Source: Pecten maximus
Taxonomy: Eukaryota
Assembly: GCF_902652985.1 (NCBI RefSeq)
Contig: NC_047019.1
Location: 30,504,001 to 30,568,000, forward strand
Direction of reading: 5' to 3'
DNA length: 64,000 nucleotides
This document shows positions 14,083 to 27,918 of this stretch, one piece after another. Below the pieces are notes generated by a model that worked only from the letters and a program-made list of their open reading frames with translations, made no database searches and was not told the DNA's origin. Position 1 is the stretch's first letter, and each line of letters opens with the position of its first letter. The translations under genes were made by a program, and so were the position numbers.

Positions 14083-14460
14083 GGACATTTGTCAATAGAT
14101 TGATATATGTTGTTATAAACTAACTTCTGATGCCTGTGTGGCAATATCCTAAAGTGTACCAATATTGGTGCTGAACATCCCTTCTATGTGATGTAGTGTC
14201 TGTATATATATATAGGATCTTATTTCAGTTTCCATTTGTTTAGGTGATTTATGAAGCAATTCAGTAAGAATTTTTCATTTTAGTCAGTTTCTGATCAATA
14301 TTTTTTGTGATTCTTATACTCTAGATCTAGCTTGACTCCATTGAGTGACGATTGTGATTTCACAATTACAGGTCATGATACTAACTGAACTCAGTAATGA
14401 TATGTATTCACTCATCCTGGTAATAACAGGTGTATTAATTAATTGATAATTATAGTTACA

Positions 14461-15100
14461 TGTATATCCACTGTTCACAGTAATTACAGGTACATTTAAA
14501 AGTTCGGTATAATAACAGGTATATCCACTGATCACAGTAATTACAAGTGTATCTACTGTTCACAGTAATTACAGGTGTATCTACTGATCACAGCAATTAC
14601 AGGTGTATTCACTGATCACAGGTGTATCTACTGTTCACAGTAATTACAGGTGTATCTACTGATCACAGTAATTACAGGTGTATTCACTGATCACAGTAAT
14701 TACAGGTGTATCTACTGATCACAGTAATTACAGGTGTATTCACTGATCACAGTAATTACAGGTGTATTCACTGATCACAATAATTACAGGTGTATCTACT
14801 GATCACAGTAATTACAGGTGTATTCACTGTTCACAGTATTTACAGGTGTATTCACTGATCACAGTAATTACAGGTGTATTCACTGATCACAGTAATTACA
14901 GGTGTATTCACTGATCACAATAATTACAGGTGTATCTACTGATCACAGTAATTACAGGTGTATTCACTGATCACAATAATTACAGGTGTATCTACTGATC
15001 ACAGTATTGACAGGTGTATTCACTGTTCACAATAATTACAGGTGTATTCACTGTTCACAGTATTTACAGGTGTATTCACTGATCACTATAATCACAGGTG
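14461..15100. repeat. 28-bp minisatellite, ~22 copies (CACAGTAATTACAGGTGTATTCACTGAT)
   Basis: Visible, degenerate at the left edge. Confidence 0.96.
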
Positions 15101-15688
15101 TTGCCTCAAAATATACGCTCAAAATTAAGCTAAATTGCAGATTTAATTATCAGTGTTCATACATCATGATTAACAGTGTCATAAAAAGATAACACAGTAA
15201 AGTTTGTTGTACATAGATTGATGGCTTTATAAAGCTGTTCTGTAGTAGGACAATCCTCAGAACACAATTATTACTCTATATCTAGTAGGTTTGTATCATA
15301 GAGTGCATCATTTGATAACAGCAAGGAAAAATATTTCCAATTTCTAGATATAAATCATCTATAAATGTTGCCTGCAGCATAGAAATCTTTCAGTAATGAA
15401 TTTCTGGTTTCCAAAATAGTTATACAGGCATGGAGAGCTACTGACCAAACCCAATAAGGCGAGGCATTTCACTGGAGCATAAGTGTGTGATGATGCTGAT
15501 AATGATAGGCAGGCCCATGAAATTACCATCAGATTTGGTTAAGTAGACAGCAGTCCATATCACTTCAGGGAGACAAGACTCTGACAACATTACCCCACAA
15601 TGTCTTCCGATCCTCCATTGATCCAAGATTCAATTAAAAGTATTGCCATAATGACAATACCTTCCATAGAGACACAGGGGGAGTAATG

Positions 15689-18488
15689 AAATACTCACCC
15701 CTCCCTTACTATCACCACCATCAAATACTCATCCCTCCCTACAGTCACCACCATCAAATACTCACCCCTCCCTACAGTCACCACCATCGAATACTCATCC
15801 CTCCCTACAGTCACCACCATCAAATACTCACCCCTCCCTACAGTCACCACCATCAAATACTCAACCCTCCCTACAGTCACCACCATCAAATACTCAACCC
15901 TCCCTACAGTCACCACCATCAAATACTCAACCCTCCCTACAGTCACCACCATCAAATACTCAACCCTCCCTACAGTCACCACCATCAAATACTCACCCCT
16001 CGCTACAGTCACCACCATCAAATACTCACCCCTCGCTACAGTCACCACCATCAAATACTCACCCCTCCCTACAGTCACCACCATCAAATACTCAACCCTC
16101 CCTACAGTCACTACCATCAAATACTCACCCCTCCCTACAGTCAACACCATCAAATACTCACCCCTCCCTACAGTCACTACCATCAAATACTCACTCCTCC
16201 CTACAGTCACCACAATCAAATACTCACCCCTCCCTACAGTCACCACCATCAAATACTCACCCCTCCCTACAGTCACAACCATCAAATACTCACCCCTCCC
16301 TACAGTCACCACCATCAAATACTCAACCCTCCCTACAGTCACTACCATCAAATACTCACCCCTCCCTACAGTCAACACCATCAAATACTCACCCCTCCCT
16401 ACAGTCACTACCATCAAATACTCACCCCTCCCTATAGTCACAACCATCAAATACTCACCCCTCCCTATAGTCACCACCATCAAATACTCACCCCTCCCTA
16501 CAGTCACAACCATCAAATACTCACCCCTCCCTACAGTCACCACCATCAAATACTCAACCCTCCCTACAGTCACTACCATCAAATACTCACCCCTCCCTAC
16601 AGTCACCACCATCAAATACTCACGGTCCCCTCCCTACAGTCAACACCATCAAATACTCACCCCTCCCTACAGTCACTACCATCAAATACTCACCCCTCCC
16701 TATAGTCACAACCATCAAATACTCACCCCTCCCTACAGTCACAACCATCAAATACTCACCCCTCGCTACAGTCACCACCATCAAATACTCACTCCTCCCT
16801 ACAGTCACCACCATCAAATACTCACCCCTCCCTATAGTCACAACCATCAAATACTCACCCCTCCCTACAGTCACCACCATCAAATACTCACCCCTCCCTA
16901 CAGTCACCACCATCAAATACTCAACCCTCCCTACAGTCACCACCATCAAATACTCACCCCTCCCTATAGTCACAACCATCAAATACTCACCCCTCCCTAC
17001 AGTCACCACCAACAAATACTCACCCCTCCCTACAGTCACCACCATCAAATACTCACCTCTCCCTACAGTCACCACCATCAAATACTCACCCCTCCCTACA
17101 GTCACCACCATCAAATACTCACCCTCTCCCTACAGTCACTACCATCGAATACTCATCCCTCCCTACAGTCACTTCCATCAAATACTCACCCCTCCCTAGT
17201 CACCACCATCAAATACTCACCTCTCCCTAGTCACCACCATCAAATACTCACCCCTCCCTACAGTCACCACCATCAAATACTCACCCCTCCCTACAGTCAC
17301 TACCATCAAATACTCTACCCTCCCTATAGTCACAACCATCAAATACTCACCCCTCCCTACAGTCACAACCACCAAATACTCACCCCTCCCTATAGTCACA
17401 ACCATCAAATACTCACCCCTCCCTACAGTCACCACCATCAAATACTCAACCCTCCCTATAGTCACCACCATCAAATACTCAACCCTCCCTATAGTCTCAA
17501 CCATCAAATCCTCACCCCTCCCTATAGTCACAACCATCAAATATTTACCCCTCCCTACAGTCACAACCATCAAATACTCACCCCTCCCTACAGTCACCAC
17601 CATCAAATACTCACCCCTCCCTACAGTCACTACCATCAAATACTCACCCCTCCCTACAGTCACAACCATCAAATACTCACCCCTCCCTACAGTCACCACC
17701 ATCAAATACTCACCCCTCCCTACAGTCACAACCATCAAATACTCACCCCTCCCTACAGTCACAACCATCAAATACTCACCCCTCCCTACAGTCACTACCA
17801 TTAAATACTCACCCCTCCCTAGTCACCACCATCAAATACTCACCTCTCCCTAGTCACAACCATCAAATACTCACCCCTCCCTACAGTCACCACCATCAAA
17901 TACTCACCCCTCCCTACAGTCACAACCATCAAATACTCACCCCTCCCTATAGTCACAACCATCAAATACTCACCCCTCCCTACAGTCACCACCATCAAAT
18001 ACTCACCCCTCACTACAGTCACAACCATCAAATACTCACCCCTCCCTACAGTCACTACCATCAAATACTCACCCCTCCCTACAGTCACCACCATCAAATA
18101 CTCACCCCTCCCTACAGTCACCACCATCAAATACTCACCCCTCACTACAGTCACAACCATCAAATACTCACCCCTCCCTACAGTCACCACCATCAAATAC
18201 TCACCCCTCCCTACAGTCACTACCATCAAATACTCACCCCTCCCTACAGTCACCACCATCAAATACTCACCCCTCACTACAGTCACTACCATCAAATACT
18301 CACCTCTCCCTACAGTCACCACCATCAAATACTCACCCCTCCCTACAGTCACCACCATCAAATACTCACCCCTCACTACAGTCACCACCATCAAATACTC
18401 ACCCCTCACTACAGTCACAACCATCAAATACTCACCCCTCCCTACAGTCACTACCATCAAATACTCACCCCTCCCTATAGTCACAACC
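15689..18488. repeat. 33-bp C-rich minisatellite, ~85 copies (AAATACTCACCCCTCCCTACAGTCACCACCATC)
   Basis: Visible; source of the (YSHHHQILTPP)n and (MVVTVGRGEYL)n pseudo-ORFs. Confidence 0.98.
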
Positions 18489-18673
18489 AGGCACGTGTCT
18501 GCTAATCATAATATAGACATGTTTAATTGATAACAAACTGGGTGTTCTGTAAACATTTATTCTGCACATTTTCAAGGCAACTTAAACTTTTCTAATTCAA
18601 TATTTGTGAAGCAAAACAACATAATAAACACATTAAAGATGATGTAATCCATGGTAACTAACTGCCTTTGAAG

Positions 18674-18742
18674 AATAAACATTGAGACAAGCACACAGTA
18701 CCAGGTGGGAATACCAGACGGAGCCAGCATGACAGATACCAG
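18674..18742 (+). CDS. Candidate 69-nt symmetric (phase 2-2) coding exon, peptide INIETSTQYQVGIPDGASMTDT; product unknown
   Basis: Good donor CAG|GTATGT at 18743, CTAAC branch-like motif upstream, open frame, locally higher GC; weak acceptor (TTTGAAG). Confidence 0.25.
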
Positions 18743-19216
18743 GTATGTAATCTTCATGTGTAAATGATTTCATTAAATGCAACATATATTTAAAATGTGG
18801 GCATAATCTAGTTGGAGACTGAGACTTTCAGACACTTAATTTATCATCATGACTTAATTTAAGTTGATTTGCATCCTTTCATATCTTGTAAACTCAAATT
18901 AACTCTGGGGAAATCTAACCAAAAATTTCTCAGTACATGATTCAAGAACTGTATAACTTTCTAAGTGCTATAATGATCATGAGTGGAAACAAAAAGCCTT
19001 CCTTTTTCGACATATTAATATGTACCAATATTATGTAAGGTCAGTAAAATCAAATTACACTATATCAAACTCTTGATAACTCGAAGACCCTGCTTGATCT
19101 AGTCTCACCAGTAAAATTACACTCGGTTATCTCAAATACTCAGGATGTCTCAAAATGCTTTTATGACATGACTGACTTTGAGAAAACGAGGTTCTACTGA
19201 TGTTGTCTAATTGAGA

Positions 19217-20056
19217 CAAGAATTCCACAGAAGTGGATGTGCCGCCTGCTCTGCAAGCTAGGATTTGAATTTTTTAAAATCAAACTTATCTGCTTTGCAA
19301 ATCAAAACAAGTTTCATACAAGTGTTTTTCATACAGAAACAAGAAAGGACTATACAAAGTTTGAGTTTGATTGGCTGAAGGGAACTCGAGTTATTGCATG
19401 GAAACCAATTTTCTATTAATACTAACAGTGACCTTGACCTTTGACTTTTTAACCTGAAAAGCAATCCCAAGCAAACACTTTTGATAAGGAAGCATTGTGT
19501 GAAGTTTGAGTTTGATTGGCAAAGGGAACTTGCATGGAAACCAATTTTCTATTAATAATAACAGTGACCTTGACCTTTGACCTTTGAACATCAAAACTTA
19601 ACACAATCCTAAGCAAGCACTTCCTATAAGAAAGCAATGCATCAAGTTTGAGTTTAATTGGCCCAAGGGATCTCAAGTTATCGAAAGCAAACCTATTTTC
19701 TATTTATAGAAGCAAGGACCTTTGACCTTTGAACCTGAAAAGCAATCCCAAACAAGCACTTTTGGTATTAGGAAGCACTGTGTGAAGTTTGAGTTTGATT
19801 GGCTGAAGGTAACTCGAGTTATTGCATGGAAACCAATTTTCTATTAATAGAAATTGACCTTGACCTTTGACCTTTGAACCTGAAAAGCAATCCCAATCAA
19901 ACACTTTTGGTAAAGAAGCACTGTATGAAGTTTGAGTTTGATTGGCCAAAGGGAACTCAAGTTACTGGACGTAAACCATTGTGCTGAAGACGCCGCCACC
20001 GACACTGCTGATGCCGACATAGTAATACCTACTGTCACCTTTTCAAGGCGACACAC
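19217..20056 (-). mobile_element. Non-autonomous Helentron-associated element (HINE/DINE-1-like), 840 bp
   Basis: Subterminal IRs TGTGCCGCCT (19238-19247) and AGGCGACACA (20046-20055); partner IR TGTCACCTT (20033-20041); terminal stem-loop TCCAC-AGAA-GTGGA (19224-19237); GCC-type microsatellite ~19990-20017; ~4.5 central repeats of ~143 bp; inserted in an A-run (TT on minus) with no TSD. Confidence 0.85.
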
Positions 20057-22626
20057 AAACGAGGTTCTACTGATGTTGTCTAATTGAGAAAACGAAGTTC
20101 TACTGATGTTGTCTAATTCAAATTATCAAGCTGAATTAAAGACTACCACTCCTGATGCAATGACCTTTTTTGACCATTGCTCTCTGGTGCTCTATCTTTA
20201 TTTTTTGACCATTGCTCTCTGGTGCTCTATCTTTATGGTATAAAGACAATGACAAAGTCACTACCAACACGACATAAATGTCATGGCATCGAAAAGATTC
20301 CTGGAAGATCCATAGAAAGTTAGAGGACATTAGAGATCATCAGAGGTCATTAAAGGTCAACGGAGGCCATTAGAGATCATCCAAGGTCACTCATCTGTCA
20401 TCATCTACCAGTAAAGGCAGACAACTCTGATGCTTAAATTGTTACATTTCCTGAGACTCAAACTTCAGCAGGGTCACTTGTGCGTTTCTTACTTCAAGCC
20501 CCTCCATTGGTTTATCTCCCCTTGATCTGCAATGCTATACCATTACACACACTCCAAGACCTCAGAAAATCAGGTTGGAATATGCTTCCCAATGAAGATA
20601 TTTTACACCACCCAGAACACTGTATAGTGTAAAATACAATGGGTGCCCAGTGATTTTCTCTGTAGGAGCTGACAGGGTACTAATTGTATGGCACTTACCT
20701 CCAGAGTATTGGGTCTGCGAGCCCTTGCTTCCGGACACTCAGTTAGGGATGGAATCAATACAATTCTAATTCTCACATCAATTTTACATCCAAATATACA
20801 CGAACAGCAAGTAAGATTAATTGGTTCCCATGGGTAGGCAACACCTTACTCTACTTATGGTCACTATCTTAACCAATATACCCAGTGTCTTGCAGCCCAC
20901 ACCAGAATATCATGGGGTATTTTCACCAAACAAGGTATTACAATTAAATAGTTTCAATACAAGTGTCAAATATTTGAAACCTCTTACAAATTTGAAAACA
21001 TGTCTACCATGTTTTTCAACAAGGTGATATTTATATTTGCTTACCAACAACAAAGGCAAGCTCCTTACAAAACCTAGCAGTGTAACATTTGTCCTTGATA
21101 GTACAAACCAGTGTTTACATATTTTCAGTACAAACATTTTGATTGAATTAACATGGAGCAGCCAACAAAGGGTTAGAGTATGAGGTATGATTTGCTGGGT
21201 ACTACCAGACCTTGGTGCCTTTTCATTCTGTAGACAGTACTTGTGACACACATGCTACATTTCTACCTGGAGCCTGTCAAACACCTTCTTACAATACAGC
21301 CATAAATACAGGCTTTTAAGGTCCACATATCTCAACTGCCTGTTTCTTATTCTGAAGTTGGATTTGCATTCAGGAGCTAAACATTTAATTTTTAATTCAA
21401 ACAGGATTTTGTCCCACCTCATTAAATGTCTCATCGCCCTAATCCAAACATCATAATTTCTAGTCGGCCTGTAATGGATTTTCACAGTTCATCTTTTATA
21501 CTCCAGGAATTGAGTTAAAAAGAAAATTTAATGACAATGTGTGATTTCTTGATAGCATTATCATACAAGTCCTAATTTTATCTTTATTGAGCTTGACTGA
21601 ATATTGTATTTCCGTGATGCCTACGTTAACACAATCCATACCCAAGATAGGTGTAGCGTGAGAAAACAAAATGCTGCCTATTGATCAGGAACAGCTCACT
21701 ATTGATAGATCTCCATTATAACAAATGTAATCAAACGTTGGCAAATCTTGTGTAAAACAGCCGTAAGAGGATCTATAAATCCTCCATGCTTCAGTGAACA
21801 GGAATACGTTTGGCACGCAAGTGACCAACATGCTCAAAGAATCTCTTCTCTTAGCGACTCAAAGGTCCTGTACACACAATCAACAATATCTCTCACCTTC
21901 TCGCATGTATGTCTCTTAAAAAAAAAGATTTATCAAAACATCATTGTCAGTTATTTGTAGCAATAGAACATGATTGTAATGTAAATTGTCTTATTAAGGA
22001 AAAGTCTGTCTTAAAAACAAGTCGATTTATAATCATAATAACCGATGAACAAATGTCAGCATCATGTATCATTCACTATGAAAAGATGACAGCCAGATTT
22101 GTGAGTTAAGTAACAGGGAAGTAACATGTTGGAAATTGATTAACAATAAAAGTCCAGTGTAAGTCCAAAGGACAGGAACGCTAGTATGGCACAGCCAATA
22201 TTTGCATACTCTGTCAGGAACTGGAGATAATTAATTACTGAGGAGTACAGCATAATCACAGAATTTGAATGTCTCTAATTAGATGTTTACGACATCCCAG
22301 AATGTTATTGCTATCAAGAATCAATATGTTACGCTAACGTCAACATTACGAGTGGGATATACATTGTACATATCGTTACAACTCACACCGATGACAGGCT
22401 CCCGATTAACCCACTCTGGTCCTCGTCAGTAAGATACAAGTACATAATAAACACTACAAAAGAATCAAATCACTTTAATTCAAGTATTCATCAATTCAAC
22501 CATTCCTTTCAACCATAGAAATTGAATAGTAAAGAGAGTGGGTGTTATGTTTATATTTGTTGAACTGTTTAACAATAAAGACAAACACTTGCAGCAAGAG
22601 ACTTGTTACCACAACACAACACAGCT

Positions 22627-23018
22627 GTACTGGTATATTGTGTATGTATCAACACAGGGTACTGGTCTATTGTGTATGTATCAACACAGGGTACTGGTAT
22701 ATTGTGTATGTATCAACACAGGGTACTGGTCTATTGTGTATGTATCAACACAGGGTACTGGTATATTGTGTATGTATCAACACAGGGTACTGGTATATTG
22801 TGTATGTATCAACACAGGGTACTGGTATATTGTAAATGTATCAACACAGGGTACTGGTATATTGTGTATGTATCAACACAGGGTACTGGTATATTGTGTA
22901 TGTATCAACACAGGGTACTGGTATATTGTGTATGTATCAACACAGGGTACTGGTATATTGTATCAACACAGGGTACTGTTATAGTGTATCAACACAGGGT
23001 ACTGGTATATTGTATCAA
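22627..23018. repeat. 32-bp minisatellite, ~12 copies (GTACTGGTATATTGTGTATGTATCAACACAGG)
   Basis: Visible. Confidence 0.96.
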
Positions 23019-24050
23019 TGTCACAATAGTTTTAAACATACATTTTCATTACAAAGTTTATATATTAGTTGCAAGTAATATAATAACATTTTACCTAACC
23101 AAGTATCAATAACAATTAACCTTTTACTAAGTTACCTCATGAACTACTATATTAATGAATATATCAGGCATATACAGGTGAGCATACTAACAAGTCATTC
23201 GAGCTAAACCCAGAGTTCTACACCTTAAATATTGACACAAGGTGAAAGACCTCCCCTTACAAACACTTTTCTTGTATACAACTTCATAGCATAAGTTGGT
23301 AATATCTTGACTTGCTGATCACAGATTTTCGTAGTTAACATAGGCAACAGCTGAAAGACTACATCACCTTTCATCCCCTACTTGTGAAAATGTTTAAAGT
23401 ATAAGTTCTATGGAGAGAGTCCCTTCATCTCTATAAATTAACATATTAAACCAGATAACAACAAACTGTAATATCATACAGTTGTTTAACATCTATTTCA
23501 GTCAAAAAACTAAAATCATTGGTTTAAATTCTAAAATAGCGATATGCAGTCTTTTGCCGTTGATGAAACTTGCTGGAAGTGATTTCCAATGTGAGGTTCT
23601 AATGATGGCAAATGTAGTGAAGAAATATTCCCCCTTGATAACTAGGTCTCCGTTTGATGCTATTCTAAAATGATAAACACATGAAAAAGTATGTATAAAG
23701 TAAATCAGTACTAACCTGTACGGTATGTACGTACTTCTTTGTTGGTCCAGTATCCTAACGAGTATAGTCACAGTTGTACTGTGAGGATAGAGTCAGTCCA
23801 ATGATATTCTAGCTTATCCTATAATATTCAGACAATTATAAAGATCAGCTGATAATCAGTTGTGGTCAGAAATCAATGCTGTACACAGTACAGTGGACTC
23901 TCATCATTGTCAGCTATAGTAATTAAAATCTACCAGGTCCAACTAATTAAATCTACTTTCAGTGTTACAGTAGTGGTGAGGGTGTTACATCAGACACTTG
24001 ATCAGGAGGATTCTGGTGTGTACATGATAATCAACTGAGGACAACATACA

Positions 24051-25553
24051 GTACAAACAGAGGACAGTTCCATGATCCTTGGTACAAACAGAGGACGATT
24101 CCATGATCCTTGGTACAAACAGAGGACAGTTCTATGACCCTTGGTACAAACAGAGGACGGTTCTATGATTCTTGGTACTAACAGAGGACGATTCCATGAT
24201 CCTTGGTACAAACAGAGGACGGTTCTATGATCCTTGGTTCAAACAGAGGACGATTCCATGATCCTTGGTACAAACAGAGGACAGTTCCATGATCCTTGGT
24301 ACAAACAGAGGACGATTCCATGATCCTTGGTACTAATAGAGGACGGTTCTATGATCATTGTACTAACAGAGGACGGTTCTATGATCCTTGGTACTAACAG
24401 AGGACGATTCTATGATCCTTGGTACTAACAGAGGACGGTTCTATGATCCTTGGTACTAACAGAGGGCGGTTCTATGATCCTTGGTACTAACAGAAGAAGA
24501 TTCCATGATCCTTAATTGGTACTAACAGAGGACGATTCCATGATCCTTGGTACAAACAGAGGACGATTCCATGATCCTTGGTACAAACAGAGGATGATTC
24601 CATAATCCTTGGTACTAACAGAGGACGATTCCATGATCCTTGGTACTAACAGAGGACGATTCTATAATCCTTGGTACTAACAGAGGACGGTTCTATGATC
24701 CTTGGTACAAACAGAGGACAGTTCCATGATCCTTGGTACTAACAGAGGATGGTTCTATGGCCCTTGGTACTAACAGAGGACGATTCCATGATCCTTGGTA
24801 CAAACAGAGGACGGTAACATGATCCTTGGTACTAATAGAGGATGGTTCTATGATCATTGGTGCTAACAGAGGACGATTCCATGATCCTTGGTACTAACAG
24901 AGGACAGTTCTATGATCCTTGGTACTAACAGGGGACGGTTCTATGATCCTTGGTACTAACAGAGGACGGTTCTATGACCCTTGGTACTAACAGAGGACGG
25001 TTCTATGACCCTTGGTACTAACAGAGGACAGTTCTATGATCCTTGGTACTAACAGAGGACAGTTCCATGATCCTTGGTACTAACAGAAGACGGTTCTATG
25101 ACCCTTGGTACTAACAGAGGGCGGTTCTATGATCCTTGGTACTAACAGAGGACAATTCCATGATCCTTGGTACTAACAGAGGGCGGTTCTATGATCCTTG
25201 GTACTAACAGAGGGCGGTTCTATGATCCTTGGTACTAACAGAGGACGATTCCATGATCCTTGGTACTAACAGAGGACAGTTCCATGATCCTTGGTACTAA
25301 CAGAGGACGGTTCCATGATCCTTGGTACTAACAGAGGACAGTCACATGATCCTTGGTACTTACAGAGGACAGTTCCATGATCCTTGGTACTAACAGAGGA
25401 CGTCCATGACTCCTTGGTACTACAGAGTTCTATGATCCTGGACAACAGAGGCTTCTATACCCTTGGTACTAACAGAGGACGGTTCTATGACCCTTGGTAC
25501 TAACAGAGGACTGTTCTATGACCCTTGGTACTAACAGAGGACTGTTCTATGAT
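24051..25553. repeat. 31-bp minisatellite, ~48 copies (GTACTAACAGAGGACGGTTCTATGATCCTTG)
   Basis: Visible, several variant positions. Confidence 0.97.
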
Positions 25554-25562
25554 TGTTTCTAT

Positions 25563-25681
25563 GGACTGAAGACTTGTAGTCACATGAAAGTTTTTACGGG
25601 CTGAAGATAGTCACATGACTGTTAGTATGGATTGAAGACAGTCACATGACTGTTAGTATGAATTGCAGACAGTCACATGAC
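25563..25681. repeat. ~31-bp short tandem repeat, ~3.5 copies, with ACAGTCA-CA-TGACTGT palindrome
   Basis: AGTCACATGA recurs four times at ~31-bp spacing. Confidence 0.8.
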
Positions 25682-25829
25682 CCTAAGCTATCTTTCGTTG
25701 TCAGTTACTTATCATGAAGTCCTATGATATCCTAATGTCCCTATTGAAGACAAGTAGAATCCTTGCCTCTATTATCCTAACCTGAGTGATAAGGTTTTTC
25801 AATGTCCATTCAATATCCACAGACCACCA

Positions 25830-26230
25830 CTCCAACCCACTCATCCAATCCAACCCATCCCATCCCACCAACCCCATCCCTCCCCCTATACCCATCCCAC
25901 CAATCCCATCCCACCAACCCCATCCCTCCCCCTATACCCATCCCACCAACCCCATCCCACCAACCCCATCCCTCCCCCTATACCCATCCCACCAACCCCA
26001 TCCCTCCCCCAATACCCATCCCACCAACCCCATCCCTCCCCCAATACCCATCCCACCAACCCCATCCCTCCCCCTATACCCATCCCACCAACCCCATCCC
26101 TCCCCCTATACCCATCCCAACAATCCCATCCCACCAACCCCATCCCTCTCCCCATCCAACCCATCCCATCCCACCTTTCCTTCATATCCCTTCTATCCCA
26201 CCAATTCCATCCCACCCCCACTTCCTCCCA
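25830..26230. repeat. C-rich ~32-bp repeat (CCCATCCCACCAACCCCATCCCTCCCCCTATA); G-run-rich minus strand
   Basis: Visible; repeated GGG to GGGGG tracts on the minus strand. Confidence 0.93.
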
Positions 26231-27370
26231 AGTGATTGACAATCTTGTTAAGTGTAGGACTAACGTGGGGGACAAATCAATGACCTGTGGGAGAAAGTCA
26301 AATCTGAAGATCTAAACAGGTTGCTATGTTTAATTACAGAATGTCATTTTGATTTGCTAAGATTTATGAAATCAAACACGAAAAAGTACAATCAATACTT
26401 TGAGTCCAAACCAGTTTCACAAATGGCTATGCAAATAGATAATAATGTCATTTATATTCAATTTCTCTATTTTTTTTTTTTTTTTTAAGATGTAATCAGT
26501 ATTTGAAATGGTTAGAAAATCTGTCGAGGTTTTCGGTAATGACATTCACAAAATCAATGGCCCTCACACAGTCCATCAACAGTTTTACTCCACTTCCAAG
26601 TCCTTCAGGCCTAAATTTGTTAAAGATTGTTTTGAATGGATATAAAAACTGACAGTCCTATAGGCTGTTTCTATTACAAAACTAATCCAAAATTTGAACA
26701 TTGGAAGATTAGAAGCAGTGTTTTCTATCAGATTTTCTATCCCGTCTGGTATTTGTGCATCCTAACATGTATAGTGCCCTTTCCAGAAACTATCTCCGTT
26801 CTAGGACAAAACATAGCGCATTTAAATAGTGTGGGATTTATCAGGGAATTATCAAATCATATAAAGTCATAATGTACCTCTATTACTCCCATACTTTAAT
26901 ACCTCTGGGTTTTCTCCCCATCACGACATGGGTAGGTCATTTCCTCTCATAATAATGTGGGTAGGTCATTTTTGTATTATGAACTTTGCCATCTAATCAA
27001 TAGCTTTTTAAACCAATATTGCTTGTGACAACATTAAAAATTGACAACTTGATGTAATTGGTGTGAACAACCCCCTCTCTTTAAGTCTCACACAACAGTA
27101 CAACATCTGTAAAAAAAACCAATATACATCTTAGAGAGCATTGCAGTGTCGTTTAACATGCACAGTCACGGCAGGGCACAGGCTCACATGACACTGCTAA
27201 TGTCTGTCTGCACCAGATTCTCATAAATACTGGACAAACTGCTGCTATGAATATTCATGACTTAATGAATGGTTTACATCATCAATGTTCTTTTGCATAG
27301 CTGGACACAATGGCCTTGACCTAACTCACCATAACCTTTGAACTTCCATTACCTGTTGCTCACTATAGGG

Positions 27371-27478
27371 TGGCCAGGTTTAATGTTCAATTGGTTGCAA
27401 TAACTCTGTCTTAAGTTTGGAGGTCCGAGGTTCGAGTCCCAGTCAGGTTGTTAATCATTTCTTTCATTACACATTGAC
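27371..27478 (+). mobile_element. tRNA-derived SINE-like relic or tRNA pseudogene
   Basis: Canonical Pol III B box GGTTCGAGTCC at 27429-27439, degenerate A-box-like segment ~45 bp upstream; no complete cloverleaf. Confidence 0.45.
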
Positions 27479-27613
27479 CAGAACCAAGTGATGTTAACTA
27501 ACCCTGGATATCTGTATGAAGAATCTCCCACCTCATCATCAGTCCCCATTCTAACATAATAAGAAAACTACATTATCCTAAGAAAAAAGTGCTAACTGCT
27601 AAGTGTAAAAGAA

Positions 27614-27918
27614 ATCTGGAGTGACTTACGAAGGGATTCCTCTTTGACCAGTCTGAAGTAACTAAAGGAGGGATTCCTCTTTGACCAGTCTGGAATGACT
27701 TACAGAGGGATTCCTCTTTGACCAGTCTGGAGTAACTAAACGAGGGGTTCCTCTTTAACCAGTCTGGAATGACTAAACGAGGGATTCCTCTTTGACCAGT
27801 CTGGAATGACTAAACGAGGGATTCATCTTTGACCAGTCTGGAGTAACTTATGGAGGGATTCCTCAATGGACCGGTCTGGAATGTTTTACGAAGGGATTCC
27901 TCCTTGACCAGTCTGGAG
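27614..27918. repeat. 37-bp minisatellite, ~8 copies (CTGGAATGACTAAACGAGGGATTCCTCTTTGACCAGT)
   Basis: Visible, moderately diverged. Confidence 0.93.

Noticed and set aside
15686-18484. His/Pro-rich and Val/Gly-rich repeat ORFs
   Set aside because: Translations of a 33-bp minisatellite, broken by unit indels.
20645-20816. Splice-like signals on both strands (TCTGTAG, GTAAGA, minus AG|GTAAGT at 20698)
   Set aside because: Conflicting orientations and no consistent open exon.
27371-27450. Functional tRNA gene
   Set aside because: Only the T-arm/B box is intact; acceptor and D stems do not fold.
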